Below are positions 36,205 to 44,464 of a stretch of DNA of 64,000 nucleotides, piece by piece. A program made the translations under genes and the position numbers. Origin of the DNA: Candidatus Peribacteria bacterium (GTDB lineage Bacteria > Patescibacteriota > Gracilibacteria > UBA1369 > 2-02-FULL-48-14). The stretch covers positions 7,255 to 71,254 of the forward strand of contig CALRCE010000003.1 in the NCBI GenBank assembly GCA_943354505.1, read 5' to 3'. How positions within the stretch are numbered: position 1 is the first letter of the stretch; each line of letters opens with the position of its first letter. The notes beneath the pieces are model-generated. The model did not search any database and was not told the DNA's origin. It saw only the letters and a program-made list of their open reading frames with translations.

Positions 36205-36602
36205 TCCAAATTGTCGACACCTCCCGTCGCGGAAGAGCCACCTTCTGGCAGGCGGAAATTTGAAATGAAGTCGAAAACCTCACCCAGGTTGATGTACTGA
36301 ACGACGTTCAGTCCAACCGCATTTCCCACCATGATCACAATCACCACCGAAAGCATGGTCACCACCAGCCCCACAATCGCGTAACGGATCGTGGCAACGG
36401 CTTGTTTGATCTTGCCCTCGTCTCCTCCAGAAAGGATGAAAGAAATACCTCCAAAGAAGATGAACACCACGCTCAAAAATCCAGCGACGATGATCCCATA
36501 GGCAATCGTGCGATTCACAATTTCTAAGGCATTGTAGTTTTGAGCCACGTCCAAAATAGAACCTTCGTTCACAGTAGCCACAATCAGCGGAAGAAAAGAC
36601 AT
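36201..36602 (-). CDS. TrbC/VirB2-like (T4SS-pilin-like) small membrane protein
   Basis: 133 aa with two TM helices flanking ILSGGDEGKIKQAVATIRYAIVGLVV, the motif typical of CPR T4SS_pilin-type proteins. Confidence 0.5.
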   Translation of the reverse strand: MSFLPLIVATVNEGSILDVAQNYNALEIVNRTIAYGIIVAGFLSVVFIFFGGISFILSGGDEGKIKQAVATIRYAIVGLVVTMLSVVIVIMVGNAVGLNVVQYINLGEVFDFISNFRLPEGGSSATGGVDNLD

Positions 36603-36630
36603 AGCAAGGGCGCGTTAAAGTGCTGCCATA

Positions 36631-36906
36631 CTAGCGCACCGTTCCATCCGGTTCAACAATTTTCAAGTTGAAGCGAGCGTCGTTCTTGGCTCCCATCATA
36701 CGAAGGAGCACACGAAGAGACTTGGCGGTTTGGCCGGCCTTACCGATGATTTTCCCCATGTCGGCTTGAGCCACCTTCAGTGTGATGAGCACACCCAGGT
36801 CATCCACAGACATCGTCACTTCCACCTCATCGGGGGCATCGACAATGTTTTTTACGACAAACTCAATAAAATCTCGAGCGGCATTTCCTGATACATCAGA
36901 AGACAT
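36631..36906 (-). CDS. KH-domain RNA-binding protein (YlqC/UPF0109)
   Basis: 91 aa. GKIIGKAGQTAKSLR (GXXG loop). Conserved position after rpsP. Confidence 0.8.
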   Translation of the reverse strand: MSSDVSGNAARDFIEFVVKNIVDAPDEVEVTMSVDDLGVLITLKVAQADMGKIIGKAGQTAKSLRVLLRMMGAKNDARFNLKIVEPDGTVR

Positions 36907-36933
36907 AGTGCGGAGTGTTAGTGAAGTAGGGAA

Positions 36934-37320
36934 TTACTGAGCTGCGACTTCTTCAGCTGGAGCCTCTTCAGCAGCGGGTGCTTCGGGGGCAGGAGCTTCT
37001 TGTTGTGCAGGCGCTGCTGCTACTTCGGCAGGAGCTTTGGTGGCTTTGCGTTTCTTGTTGCGGTTTCCGATGAATTTTTCCATTCCAGAAACACCTTGAG
37101 CTTTCATCATGGAAGCCATGGTATCCGAAGGAGTAGCTCCCTTGGAAACCCAGTATTCAAAACGATCTTTTTTAACCTCCAACTTCTTTTTTTCAGAAGG
37201 ATTGTAGAAACCAATCACTTCCATGTGCGCTCCTTTCACAGCGTTACGTTTTTCAGCCACCACAATGCGATAAGCAGGTTCATTGGTCTTCCCGATACGA
37301 GTCAAACGGATTACGAGCAC
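36934..37320 (-). CDS. rpsP: 30S ribosomal protein S16 with an Ala/Pro/Glu-rich C-terminal extension
   Basis: A GTG start at 37320 gives (M)LVIRLTRIGKTNEPAYRIVVAEKR, the canonical S16 N-terminus. The ORF-track start at 37377 would add 19 atypical residues. Confidence 0.8.
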   Translation of the reverse strand: MLVIRLTRIGKTNEPAYRIVVAEKRNAVKGAHMEVIGFYNPSEKKKLEVKKDRFEYWVSKGATPSDTMASMMKAQGVSGMEKFIGNRNKKRKATKAPAEVAAAPAQQEAPAPEAPAAEEAPAEEVAAQ

Positions 37321-37369
37321 AGAAATTAGGTTAAATTGCCTATCGATTTTAGTGTTGAACGGCCAATTG

Positions 37370-37690
37370 TCAAGCAAAAAGCTCGTTCTCCACTTGCGTG
37401 CGAATGTCGTCTACACCGCTATTCTCAGCCATATTTAAGTTGAGCTGCACCAAAAGTTCGTGGCGATGCACGTAGACCCGCTGAGCCCACACACTGCTAG
37501 GCACGGCAATATAGAGGGTTCTACCCTTCACAAATTTAGGCTTCACCGCAGTGGGCGCGTCTTCTCCTAAAATCGTAGGCATCAAGGTTCTGAACCGTTG
37601 GCACACCAAGGCAGCGCGAGCCTCACGCTCTATTTTATACTTGGCGAGCGCTTTAGGCACCAATTCCGCAAAAGAAAAAAAATCGTCCAT
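37370..37690 (-). CDS. dciA: DUF721/DciA-like protein (candidate replicative helicase operator)
   Basis: 106 aa. The segment KGRTLYIAVPSSVWAQRVYVHRHELLVQLN matches the DUF721 core pattern. Confidence 0.55.
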   Translation of the reverse strand: MDDFFSFAELVPKALAKYKIEREARAALVCQRFRTLMPTILGEDAPTAVKPKFVKGRTLYIAVPSSVWAQRVYVHRHELLVQLNLNMAENSGVDDIRTQVENELFA

Positions 37691-37699
37691 TGCTTAAAA

Positions 37700-38833
37700 C
37701 TACTTCTTAGATTCTAGCACATTTTCATAAACCTCCAGAGTTTCCTTGGCCATTTTCTCCCAAGAAAATTTGAGGCTGTGCTTGAGTCCGCATTCCCGCA
37801 TCTCTGCTTGCAGCGTGGGATCGAGCAAGACTTTGCGCACATTGTTGGCGATGTCTTCAGGGTCATAAGGATCAAAGAACAGTGCATTGTGCTCCCCACA
37901 AATCTCGGGAATACACGAGGTTTTGGAAGCCACCACCGGTGTGCCACAACGCATCGCTTCGAGAGGAGGAAGGCCAAAACCTTCGTACAAGGAAGGGAAA
38001 ACGTAAATCTTCGCCGATTGATACAAAGCCACCAACTCATTCTCGGGAACCATGCCCGTGTAAATCACATGATGTTCGAGGCCCAGTTCCCCCACCGTGC
38101 GTTTCACTTCGGGGTAGTAAGGGTCTTCTTCACCCGTGATCACCAAGGACAAGTCGAAGCCTTCAGGTCCTTCGCGAAGCATGGCAAAGGCTTTGATCAA
38201 GTTGACCAGATTTTTATGGCCACGCCACACCCCGGTGTACAAAAGAAAGTCTTTAGAAATCCCATACTTCCGCCTCACGTGCTCCACCTGCTCTTTGTTG
38301 ACGCGAGGGCCAAATTGCTCACACACTCCTTCGTAGATCACCTCGATTTTGGAGGAAGGATAGCCCACCACCTCGATCAAATCCTGCTTGGTGTTTTCAG
38401 AAACGGCAATCACCTCTTTGCTATGATTGACCGCCGCCTTGAGCACGATGTTGTAAGCCGCACGGTAAAACGCGGAATTCATTTTTTTGCCCGGATAGAA
38501 CGAAAGCGTCAAATCATGAATCGTCACCACACTAGGTTTGCGGTATAAAATCGGCGCATTGAAATGCGTGAAGTGCATGAGATCGAGTTTCGCCTTCTTT
38601 AAAATTCGCAGGTACACCAATTGTTCCTTGAGCGTATAGTGCTTGGCGTTCACCAAAACTTTGCTGAAACGTTTATTCGGCGGTTCAAAAGTGTCGAACT
38701 CGGGCCGGTTCATAAAGATCACGTACTCGTTTTTCTTGTCGAGCTCCGCGAGTTGACGGATGAGTTCATAGACATAGCGTCCGATTCCTGTGAATTCGGC
38801 GCTGTACATCCGTGCATCGATTCCAATTCGCAT
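37700..38833 (-). CDS. Glycosyltransferase, GT4 family (GT-B, group 1)
   Basis: 377 aa. Motif FPSLYEGFGLPPLEAMRCGTPVV. Confidence 0.85.
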   Translation of the reverse strand: MRIGIDARMYSAEFTGIGRYVYELIRQLAELDKKNEYVIFMNRPEFDTFEPPNKRFSKVLVNAKHYTLKEQLVYLRILKKAKLDLMHFTHFNAPILYRKPSVVTIHDLTLSFYPGKKMNSAFYRAAYNIVLKAAVNHSKEVIAVSENTKQDLIEVVGYPSSKIEVIYEGVCEQFGPRVNKEQVEHVRRKYGISKDFLLYTGVWRGHKNLVNLIKAFAMLREGPEGFDLSLVITGEEDPYYPEVKRTVGELGLEHHVIYTGMVPENELVALYQSAKIYVFPSLYEGFGLPPLEAMRCGTPVVASKTSCIPEICGEHNALFFDPYDPEDIANNVRKVLLDPTLQAEMRECGLKHSLKFSWEKMAKETLEVYENVLESKK

Positions 38834-38837
38834 AAGT

Positions 38838-39401
38838 TTATTTAAGAAGATTGTGAACCCTGTATCCCATCAATGCCGTGCACAACAAGCGATCGCCTGC
38901 GTCGGTGCCTTTTTCAAAAACGAGGTCAAAATTCTCATGAAAGCCCACAAGGCCGCCTCCACAAACCAAAGTCGCCATCACGCTGTCGCCTTTCACAATT
39001 TGATACGCCTCGGTGGCGTGAGCGATGTCCACTTCGTTGGGCACGTCGTGAGCCACCTTTGCTTTTTCCACTGGCCACAAGTAAAGGTAGGGATTCAGCC
39101 CATCCTCAGAAATGCACCAAAGGTCACGCACGTCGGAGAAGAAAGCCTTCACCGAGAATTTCAGCAACTTCACAGAACCTAACTTCTTTTCTTTAGCATC
39201 GTAGAGCTCCGCCTTCACTCCGATTTGGAGCTTGGCTTTCACAAGCGCGTTTCCTTCCGCATCTAAGACAGAAGCGTGTTGAGCCCAAGACTTTTTAAGT
39301 CGTGCAACCACCTCTCCTTTCTCGTTCAACAGAGCGCGATCCATGCGCATCCAAAACTTCCACTTAGGCAGAGACGCATGCAAATGATCAGGGAAACTCA
39401 T
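38838..39401 (-). CDS. Hypothetical protein (possible LURP-one-related/tubby-like barrel)
   Basis: Start trimmed to ATG (MSFPDHL); the ORF-track start is a TTG. The family guess rests on a weak pattern only. Confidence 0.35.
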   Translation of the reverse strand: MSFPDHLHASLPKWKFWMRMDRALLNEKGEVVARLKKSWAQHASVLDAEGNALVKAKLQIGVKAELYDAKEKKLGSVKLLKFSVKAFFSDVRDLWCISEDGLNPYLYLWPVEKAKVAHDVPNEVDIAHATEAYQIVKGDSVMATLVCGGGLVGFHENFDLVFEKGTDAGDRLLCTALMGYRVHNLLK

Positions 39402-39744
39402 AAGAATTTTATTAAAGCGGAAAGAGTCTAGCACCCCCTCCTCGAAATGCAAACGCCCCCTCCCCCTCTGCTTCTGTACCCGCCTTCAAAGTTTTTGGCC
39501 GGAGTCTTTGCTTTGACGACTGACGAAGTCGGCGAGCAGCAGCGAGTGCCGACGTAGGCTCCGGAGGCGCCCTATGGGCCCGCAAAGCGGCGGGTCCCGT
39601 TTCGAGGAAGGCGGCGAAGCAAAGACTTTATAGAAGCTATTGCACCACAAGGTTGCTTTTGCTAAAGTGCATCCGCTCCGCTTGGCAAGCCGCAGCGAAG
39701 CGTAGGCTAAGCGAGAAGGTGGCGTAGCCACACACCCCCTTTAT

Positions 39745-39821
39745 GGGATGGTAGCTCAGTTGGTTAGAGCGCTGCCCTGTCACGGCAGAGGTCGCGGGTT
39801 CGAGTCCCGTTCATCCCGCCA
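39745..39821 (+). tRNA. tRNA-Asp (GTC), CCA encoded
   Basis: GGGATGGTAGCTCAGTTGGTTAGAGCGCTGCCCTGTCACGGCAGAGGTCGCGGGTTCGAGTCCCGTTCATCCCGCCA folds as a cloverleaf with anticodon loop CTGTCAC. Confidence 0.9.
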
Positions 39822-40347
39822 TTTTGGCGTTCCCTTGCACTCCATGTTTCACCTCGTTGATCTTTTTGTATTGGTACTCCGGCCGTGGAACAAGATCGAT
39901 GGTCATGGAACTGCCGCTCCCTGAGAGCATGAAGACCAAAGAGCCATAGTCGAAGAAAGTCTCCAGAAAACCGGCCTGATGCTTTTGGATGTCTTGAATG
40001 TTCACCAAGTCGATGGAGGTTTTCAGATCCTTAAAATAAACCGACTTCTCCACGATCACCACTCGCCTATCGGTGAGCACCACGGTTTGAAGATAGTACT
40101 TAAAAATGATCAAAAATTGGCGATGGATGAAGCCATGGAGCACCAGCATCCCTAGCACCAGCAAAAAGTCCATCCCGTTGATTTCGCGCATGAGGTTCGG
40201 CAAGTTGTAAAACACTAAAAAAATCACAAAAAACAGAAGCGGAATAGAAAGTAGATGAGGAAGAAGTCCAATCCAATGGCGACGGAACACGCAGACCACG
40301 CGCTCATCATCCAGTTGCCCTTTGAAGTTTTTATTCATGGGGCTCAT
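39811..40347 (-). CDS. Membrane protein with a bacterial PH domain (YdbS/YdbT-like)
   Basis: 178 aa. An N-terminal TM hairpin is followed by VVLTDRRVVIVEKS...GSLVFMLSGS. Its 3' end overlaps the tRNA on the opposite strand. Confidence 0.55.
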   Translation of the reverse strand: MSPMNKNFKGQLDDERVVCVFRRHWIGLLPHLLSIPLLFFVIFLVFYNLPNLMREINGMDFLLVLGMLVLHGFIHRQFLIIFKYYLQTVVLTDRRVVIVEKSVYFKDLKTSIDLVNIQDIQKHQAGFLETFFDYGSLVFMLSGSGSSMTIDLVPRPEYQYKKINEVKHGVQGNAKMAG

Positions 40348-40574
40348 GAAGGAAGGAGTGAAAAAGCATAAATCGTTTCCGCCACCACGGCCACCGCCAC
40401 GGTGACGATGTACAGCACCACAAAATAACGCAAATGCAGAAAGCCAAAGTGCAGCGTGTAAACCGACTCATCAAAACGATACAAATGAATGTAGGCGTAC
40501 AGACGCTTCACGCTCACGAACACCACAAAAAGTGAAATGAATTGGACCGCAAAAAGGAAGACGAAAAGGGTCAT
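40344..40574 (-). CDS. Small hydrophobic membrane protein
   Basis: Start trimmed to MTLFVFLFAVQ. The longer ORF would overlap the divergent dagK-like promoter and start. Confidence 0.3.
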   Translation of the reverse strand: MTLFVFLFAVQFISLFVVFVSVKRLYAYIHLYRFDESVYTLHFGFLHLRYFVVLYIVTVAVAVVAETIYAFSLLPS

Positions 40575-40679
40575 GAACGGCAGCGGTGAGAAAGGGGAAT
40601 CGGCCGAATCCACCGAGTTTCTCAATTCTATTCCCAATCGAGAAATGCATCCAGCAAAACCCTTTGCTATACTGAGCTC

Positions 40680-41483
40680 ATGCCGCACGCCCTCGTGATC
40701 TACAACCCAGTTTCGGGAAGCAAAAAATGGAAGGATGTTCCTTTGATGATTCGCCATACTCTAAAAAAGCACAATTTTGAACACACGTGGTTCGAGACGC
40801 AGCCCGTCAAACGTCAAGATTTTAGCATCTTGAAAAGTAAAAAATTTGACAGGATCATTGTGGTGGGTGGAGATGGCACGGTGGCAGAAGTGGCCAGCTG
40901 GATGGTGCAAAGCAAGTGCAAAACACCACTGGTGATTTTGGCCCAAGGCAGTGCGAACGTGCTGGCCCACAGTTTGGGCATTCCCTTCCTCAACTTAAAA
41001 AAAGCCTTGGAAGAAGGACTCACGCAGCCCGGCAAGCCCTTGGACGCCATGCTCGTGAACCGAAAACACGTGGCCTTGATTGCTGTGGGCCGCGGCTACG
41101 ACGCCCTCCTCATGAAGAAAACCCTTCGCGCAGACAAACGCAAATGGGGAGCGCTCGCCTATCTATGGTCTTTTTTAAAAACCTTTCTTTTTTATCGTTC
41201 GCAACCTTATAAAATCACCATCGATGGCGAGCGCATCTATACAGTTTCCAAACAAATCCTCGTGCTGAACATCACCCCTGCTCCCGAAGCATTCATCAGT
41301 GGCAAAGACGGCTTGCTCAACATCTTCACCGCGAGCCGTTTTCATCGAGTCAAAATGTGGAAAGGAAAACGAATCTCCATCAAAACAAAAAAAGAACTCA
41401 CCTTCGACTGCGACGGCGAAGTCTTCAAAAGCAAAACCGTGAACATCGAAGTGCTGCCCAGCGCGATTTCGGTGGTTCATTGA
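40680..41483 (+). CDS. Diacylglycerol/lipid kinase family protein (YegS/DAGK catalytic domain)
   Basis: 267 aa. Motifs ALVIYNPVSGS and IIVVGGDGTVAEV. An extended -10 TGcTATACT (hexamer 40668-40673) lies 6 nt before the ATG. Confidence 0.75.
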   Translation: MPHALVIYNPVSGSKKWKDVPLMIRHTLKKHNFEHTWFETQPVKRQDFSILKSKKFDRIIVVGGDGTVAEVASWMVQSKCKTPLVILAQGSANVLAHSLGIPFLNLKKALEEGLTQPGKPLDAMLVNRKHVALIAVGRGYDALLMKKTLRADKRKWGALAYLWSFLKTFLFYRSQPYKITIDGERIYTVSKQILVLNITPAPEAFISGKDGLLNIFTASRFHRVKMWKGKRISIKTKKELTFDCDGEVFKSKTVNIEVLPSAISVVH

Positions 41484-41524
41484 AGAGCTCAAGGCTTGCA
41501 TTCCAGGCGGATCCCAGCTATTAT

Positions 41525-41562
41525 ATTTCTGTAAAAGGACATAAAAGTCCTGCTACAGAAAT
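41525..41562. promoter_or_regulatory. Nested imperfect palindrome (candidate AbiEi operator)
   Basis: ATTTCTGTA (41525-41533) pairs with TACAGAAAT (41554-41562). An inner pair AGGAC (41536-41540) / GTCCT (41547-41551) shares the same centre. The element ends 3 nt before the abiEi ATG. Confidence 0.4.
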
Positions 41563-41565
41563 AAT

Positions 41566-42189
41566 ATGCAGTTTATAAACTTTCAAAAACAACTCTCAGC
41601 TTATCCGATCTTTTCTCTACAAGAGGTGAAAAAGTTGGTGAACAGCTTCTCTTATAGGCAGCTGGATCGTTGGGAAAAGAAAGGCTACCTGAAAAAGGTG
41701 AAGCGAAGGTTTTACTGTCTCAGCTCTCAAGAGGTGGATCAGAATTTTCTATTTTATACGGCAAATAAGATTTACGCGCCTTCCTATGTGTCTTTAGAAA
41801 TGGCATTGAAGTATTACGGACTCATCCCTGAAGAGATTTTTCAGATCACTTCTGTGGGAACAAAAAAGACAACGAACTTCGAAACGCCCGTCGGAAATTT
41901 CAGCTACAAACATATCAAGACTAGCCTTTACTTCGGGTATAGATTGATCGAGTTTGGCCCGCAAAAAGTTCTTTTAGCAGAGTTGGAAAAGGCCATTTTG
42001 GACTATCTGTACATCCATACAAGACTCAAGACGGCCGCAGACTTTGAAGGGATGCGCATCAATAGAGACGAGTTGAACTCCCAACTGAACCTTGAGAAGT
42101 TTCAAAACTATTTGGCCGTTTTTAACAACAAGCAGCTCTCTAAACGCGCAAAACTATTTTTAACCACTATGCACGCCAGTGCGCTTTAA
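41566..42189 (+). CDS. abiEi: AbiEi-like antitoxin/transcriptional regulator (type IV TA)
   Basis: 207 aa. The N-terminal wHTH-like segment FSLQEVKKLVNSFSYRQLDRWEKKGYLKKVKRRFY and its pairing with a downstream DUF1814-type gene support the call. Confidence 0.65.
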   Translation: MQFINFQKQLSAYPIFSLQEVKKLVNSFSYRQLDRWEKKGYLKKVKRRFYCLSSQEVDQNFLFYTANKIYAPSYVSLEMALKYYGLIPEEIFQITSVGTKKTTNFETPVGNFSYKHIKTSLYFGYRLIEFGPQKVLLAELEKAILDYLYIHTRLKTAADFEGMRINRDELNSQLNLEKFQNYLAVFNNKQLSKRAKLFLTTMHASAL

Positions 42190-42194
42190 TAATT

Positions 42195-42971
42195 ATGATA
42201 AGTCTTGATCAAATCCTGCAAGCCTATCCTGAAAACCTCAGGGCTTTTAAAGAGAGTATTTTAAAGGAGTATTTGCAGTACAAAATTTTGAACAGCATTT
42301 TTAGTAGTGAACACGCGAACAAGCTGGCCTTTCTGGGAGGAACCGCCCTTCGCATCGTTCATGGCAGCACACGCTTTTCTGAGGACTTGGATTTCGACAA
42401 TTTCGCACTGACTGAAGCCGAATTCACAGAGTTGAGTAAAATCATTCAAAAAGATCTGACGCTGGAGGGGCTCGAAGTGGAAGTGAACACGGTCACAAAA
42501 AACGCGTACCGAATTAAAATTCGCATTCCAAAACTCCTCTTTAATTCTGGACTTTCAGCCCTCAGCGAGCACAAGATTCTAATCCAGGTGGATACGGTAC
42601 CGCAGAACTTTGGATATGAAGTAGAGAAACCCCTTCTGAACAAGTTCGATATTTTCACCCAGATCAATGCTGTCCCAAAAGGTTTACTCCTTGCCCAGAA
42701 GATTTTCGCCTCAGTGAACCGCAAGCGCATCATGGGGAGAGATTTCTTTGACATTGTTTTTCTACGCGGTCTGGGAGCGGAGCCGAATTTTGCTTATTTA
42801 AAAAAGAATATCGACATCGACAATGAAAAGGATTTGAAAAAGTACTTGCTTGAAAAGACAGCTCCCCTGGATTTTGAGGATTTAGCCAAGGACGTAGAGC
42901 CATTGCTTTTTGACCCGAGAGATCAGAAGAAGGTGCTTCTCTTCAGGGAGTTTGTGGAACAAAGCTTCTAA
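42195..42971 (+). CDS. abiEii: AbiEii/DUF1814 nucleotidyltransferase toxin
   Basis: 258 aa. Motif LAFLGGTALRIVHGSTRFSEDLDFD. AT-rich relative to the flanks. Confidence 0.75.
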   Translation: MISLDQILQAYPENLRAFKESILKEYLQYKILNSIFSSEHANKLAFLGGTALRIVHGSTRFSEDLDFDNFALTEAEFTELSKIIQKDLTLEGLEVEVNTVTKNAYRIKIRIPKLLFNSGLSALSEHKILIQVDTVPQNFGYEVEKPLLNKFDIFTQINAVPKGLLLAQKIFASVNRKRIMGRDFFDIVFLRGLGAEPNFAYLKKNIDIDNEKDLKKYLLEKTAPLDFEDLAKDVEPLLFDPRDQKKVLLFREFVEQSF

Positions 42972-43906
42972 GACTCCGTATAAAGCTCCCCTTTAAAACC
43001 CTCGCTTCTCCAAATCTGACCCTTCGGTCCCACGAGCATGGCCTCGAGCGGCAACTGAGGCACCAAAGCCCGAGCTTCGTCAAAACCCAACACGAAAAGT
43101 GCCGTTGAATAAGCGTCTGCCAAAAGTGCCGCCGGGGCCTGCGTGTACACCGCCAGCATGTGTGCCGCCGGCTCACCCGTCCGCGGATCCACCAGGTGGT
43201 GCCGAGTTTTTTCGCCATTCTTCCAACTCCGTCTACTCGGGCTGCTCGCCGCCAAAGCCAAGGGCCCGTAAAGGCGAACCTCGCCCATCGCCAGGCTCGT
43301 GTCCGTGGGATGCTCAAACAAAACTCTCCAGGGCTCGCCGTTTTCGTCACTGCCTTGCACGAACAAATCGCCACCCGCATTGATGCAAAATCCGCGCACG
43401 GCTCGCCCTTCTCCACACTCCCCAATCAAGGCATTCACCATCCGGTCGATGGCGTAACCCTTGCCCAAACCACCCAGTTCCACCGGGACCGCCAGCCTCA
43501 CTTCAAAGCCTTCTTCCAAGGAACCACGCAATTCCATACGCCCCGTGGCACCAGACTCGCCAGCCGAAAACGAATAATTTTTATCGTAACCCCAGCTGTC
43601 TAAAATGCCTTTCACGGAAAGGTCAAAAGCTCCGCTCGTCCGCTCACGCAAATGCTCGCCAAACTCCAGCAGACGGTAAAATTCCTCCTCCACCGCAAGC
43701 CATTCTTCCAGGCTCGCGTTGAGCCGAGCGAGTGCATTGTCTTCCAAAAAACGCGAGTAGGCGCTTTCAATTCGGGCACACTCTTCAAAACAAAGCCCAG
43801 CCAGTTGTTGAGCCCTTTGCGCCGCTTCAATCTCCTCCCCACCCACGACAAGTTGAAGCACAATAGGCGTGCCTAAATGCCGTTCTTCAAAAGTGAAGCG
43901 GTTCAC
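42968..43906 (-). CDS. apbE: FAD:protein FMN transferase (ApbE family)
   Basis: 312 aa. Motifs GGLGKGYAIDRMV and INAGGDLFV. Confidence 0.85.
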   Translation of the reverse strand: MNRFTFEERHLGTPIVLQLVVGGEEIEAAQRAQQLAGLCFEECARIESAYSRFLEDNALARLNASLEEWLAVEEEFYRLLEFGEHLRERTSGAFDLSVKGILDSWGYDKNYSFSAGESGATGRMELRGSLEEGFEVRLAVPVELGGLGKGYAIDRMVNALIGECGEGRAVRGFCINAGGDLFVQGSDENGEPWRVLFEHPTDTSLAMGEVRLYGPLALAASSPSRRSWKNGEKTRHHLVDPRTGEPAAHMLAVYTQAPAALLADAYSTALFVLGFDEARALVPQLPLEAMLVGPKGQIWRSEGFKGELYTES

Positions 43907-44418
43907 GCTTGTGCGTCAGCCATAATAGCCTTCACCGCAGCGTTGAATCCCACGGGGGTCAAAGACGCTCCATTCACGGCTCCAATAGAACCCAGGCTAT
44001 CGATGGATTTGCCGACCACCACGGAAGAAATGCCGTCGGCGAAGAGATTTTGATAAGCGATGCTGGCCTCATTGGTGGCCAAGTTTTGAATGCTCACAGC
44101 AGTGATCACCCCGTCTTTCAAAGTCAAAGAAACCCCAACGGTGTCTTGACCCGCTGGACTCATGTAGCTTGTGTTTTCGGAATAGGTTCCGTCTTTGTAC
44201 GTTGACTCGGAACTGCTTGACCCCTCAGTCTCTTCCAAAGTTCCATTGAAGTCTTCGAAGTTCACAGCCTCACTGGTCTCTTCGGTTTCAACTCCCAAAC
44301 TCTCTTCCAAAGAGCCGCTCACCTCCTCTTCAGTTCCGGTAGAGGTCTTTTCACAACCCGTAAAAAGCATGCCCGTGACTAAGAACAAGAAAAGGGCGAA
44401 GTGGATGGTTTTTTGCAT
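43903..44418 (-). CDS. FMN-binding-domain lipoprotein (candidate ApbE substrate)
   Basis: 171 aa. Lipobox LFTGC, an acidic linker, and a C-terminal FMN_bind-like region with GAVNGASLT (GA[ST] flavinylation-type motif). 4-nt overlap with apbE. Confidence 0.6.
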   Translation of the reverse strand: MQKTIHFALFLFLVTGMLFTGCEKTSTGTEEEVSGSLEESLGVETEETSEAVNFEDFNGTLEETEGSSSSESTYKDGTYSENTSYMSPAGQDTVGVSLTLKDGVITAVSIQNLATNEASIAYQNLFADGISSVVVGKSIDSLGSIGAVNGASLTPVGFNAAVKAIMADAQA

Positions 44419-44464
44419 ACAGTTTGGTTAAAATGGCGCAGGAAGCATCCTATCCCACCCCGCC

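Noticed and set aside
37321-37377. Longer rpsP start at 37377, and the longer starts of ORFs 40344..40757, 38838..39452, 35089..35646, 53254..53604, 61582..62925, 20052..21608 and 6676..6993
   Set aside because: The extensions add non-conserved residues or overlap neighbouring genes or promoters. Internal starts give canonical N-termini or signal peptides. Start choices remain predictions.
39486-39731. 81-aa minus-strand ORF in the GC-rich spacer
   Set aside because: The translation is Arg/Ser/Leu-rich and the region is full of palindromes. It is more likely RNA structure than coding sequence (reported as a finding instead).
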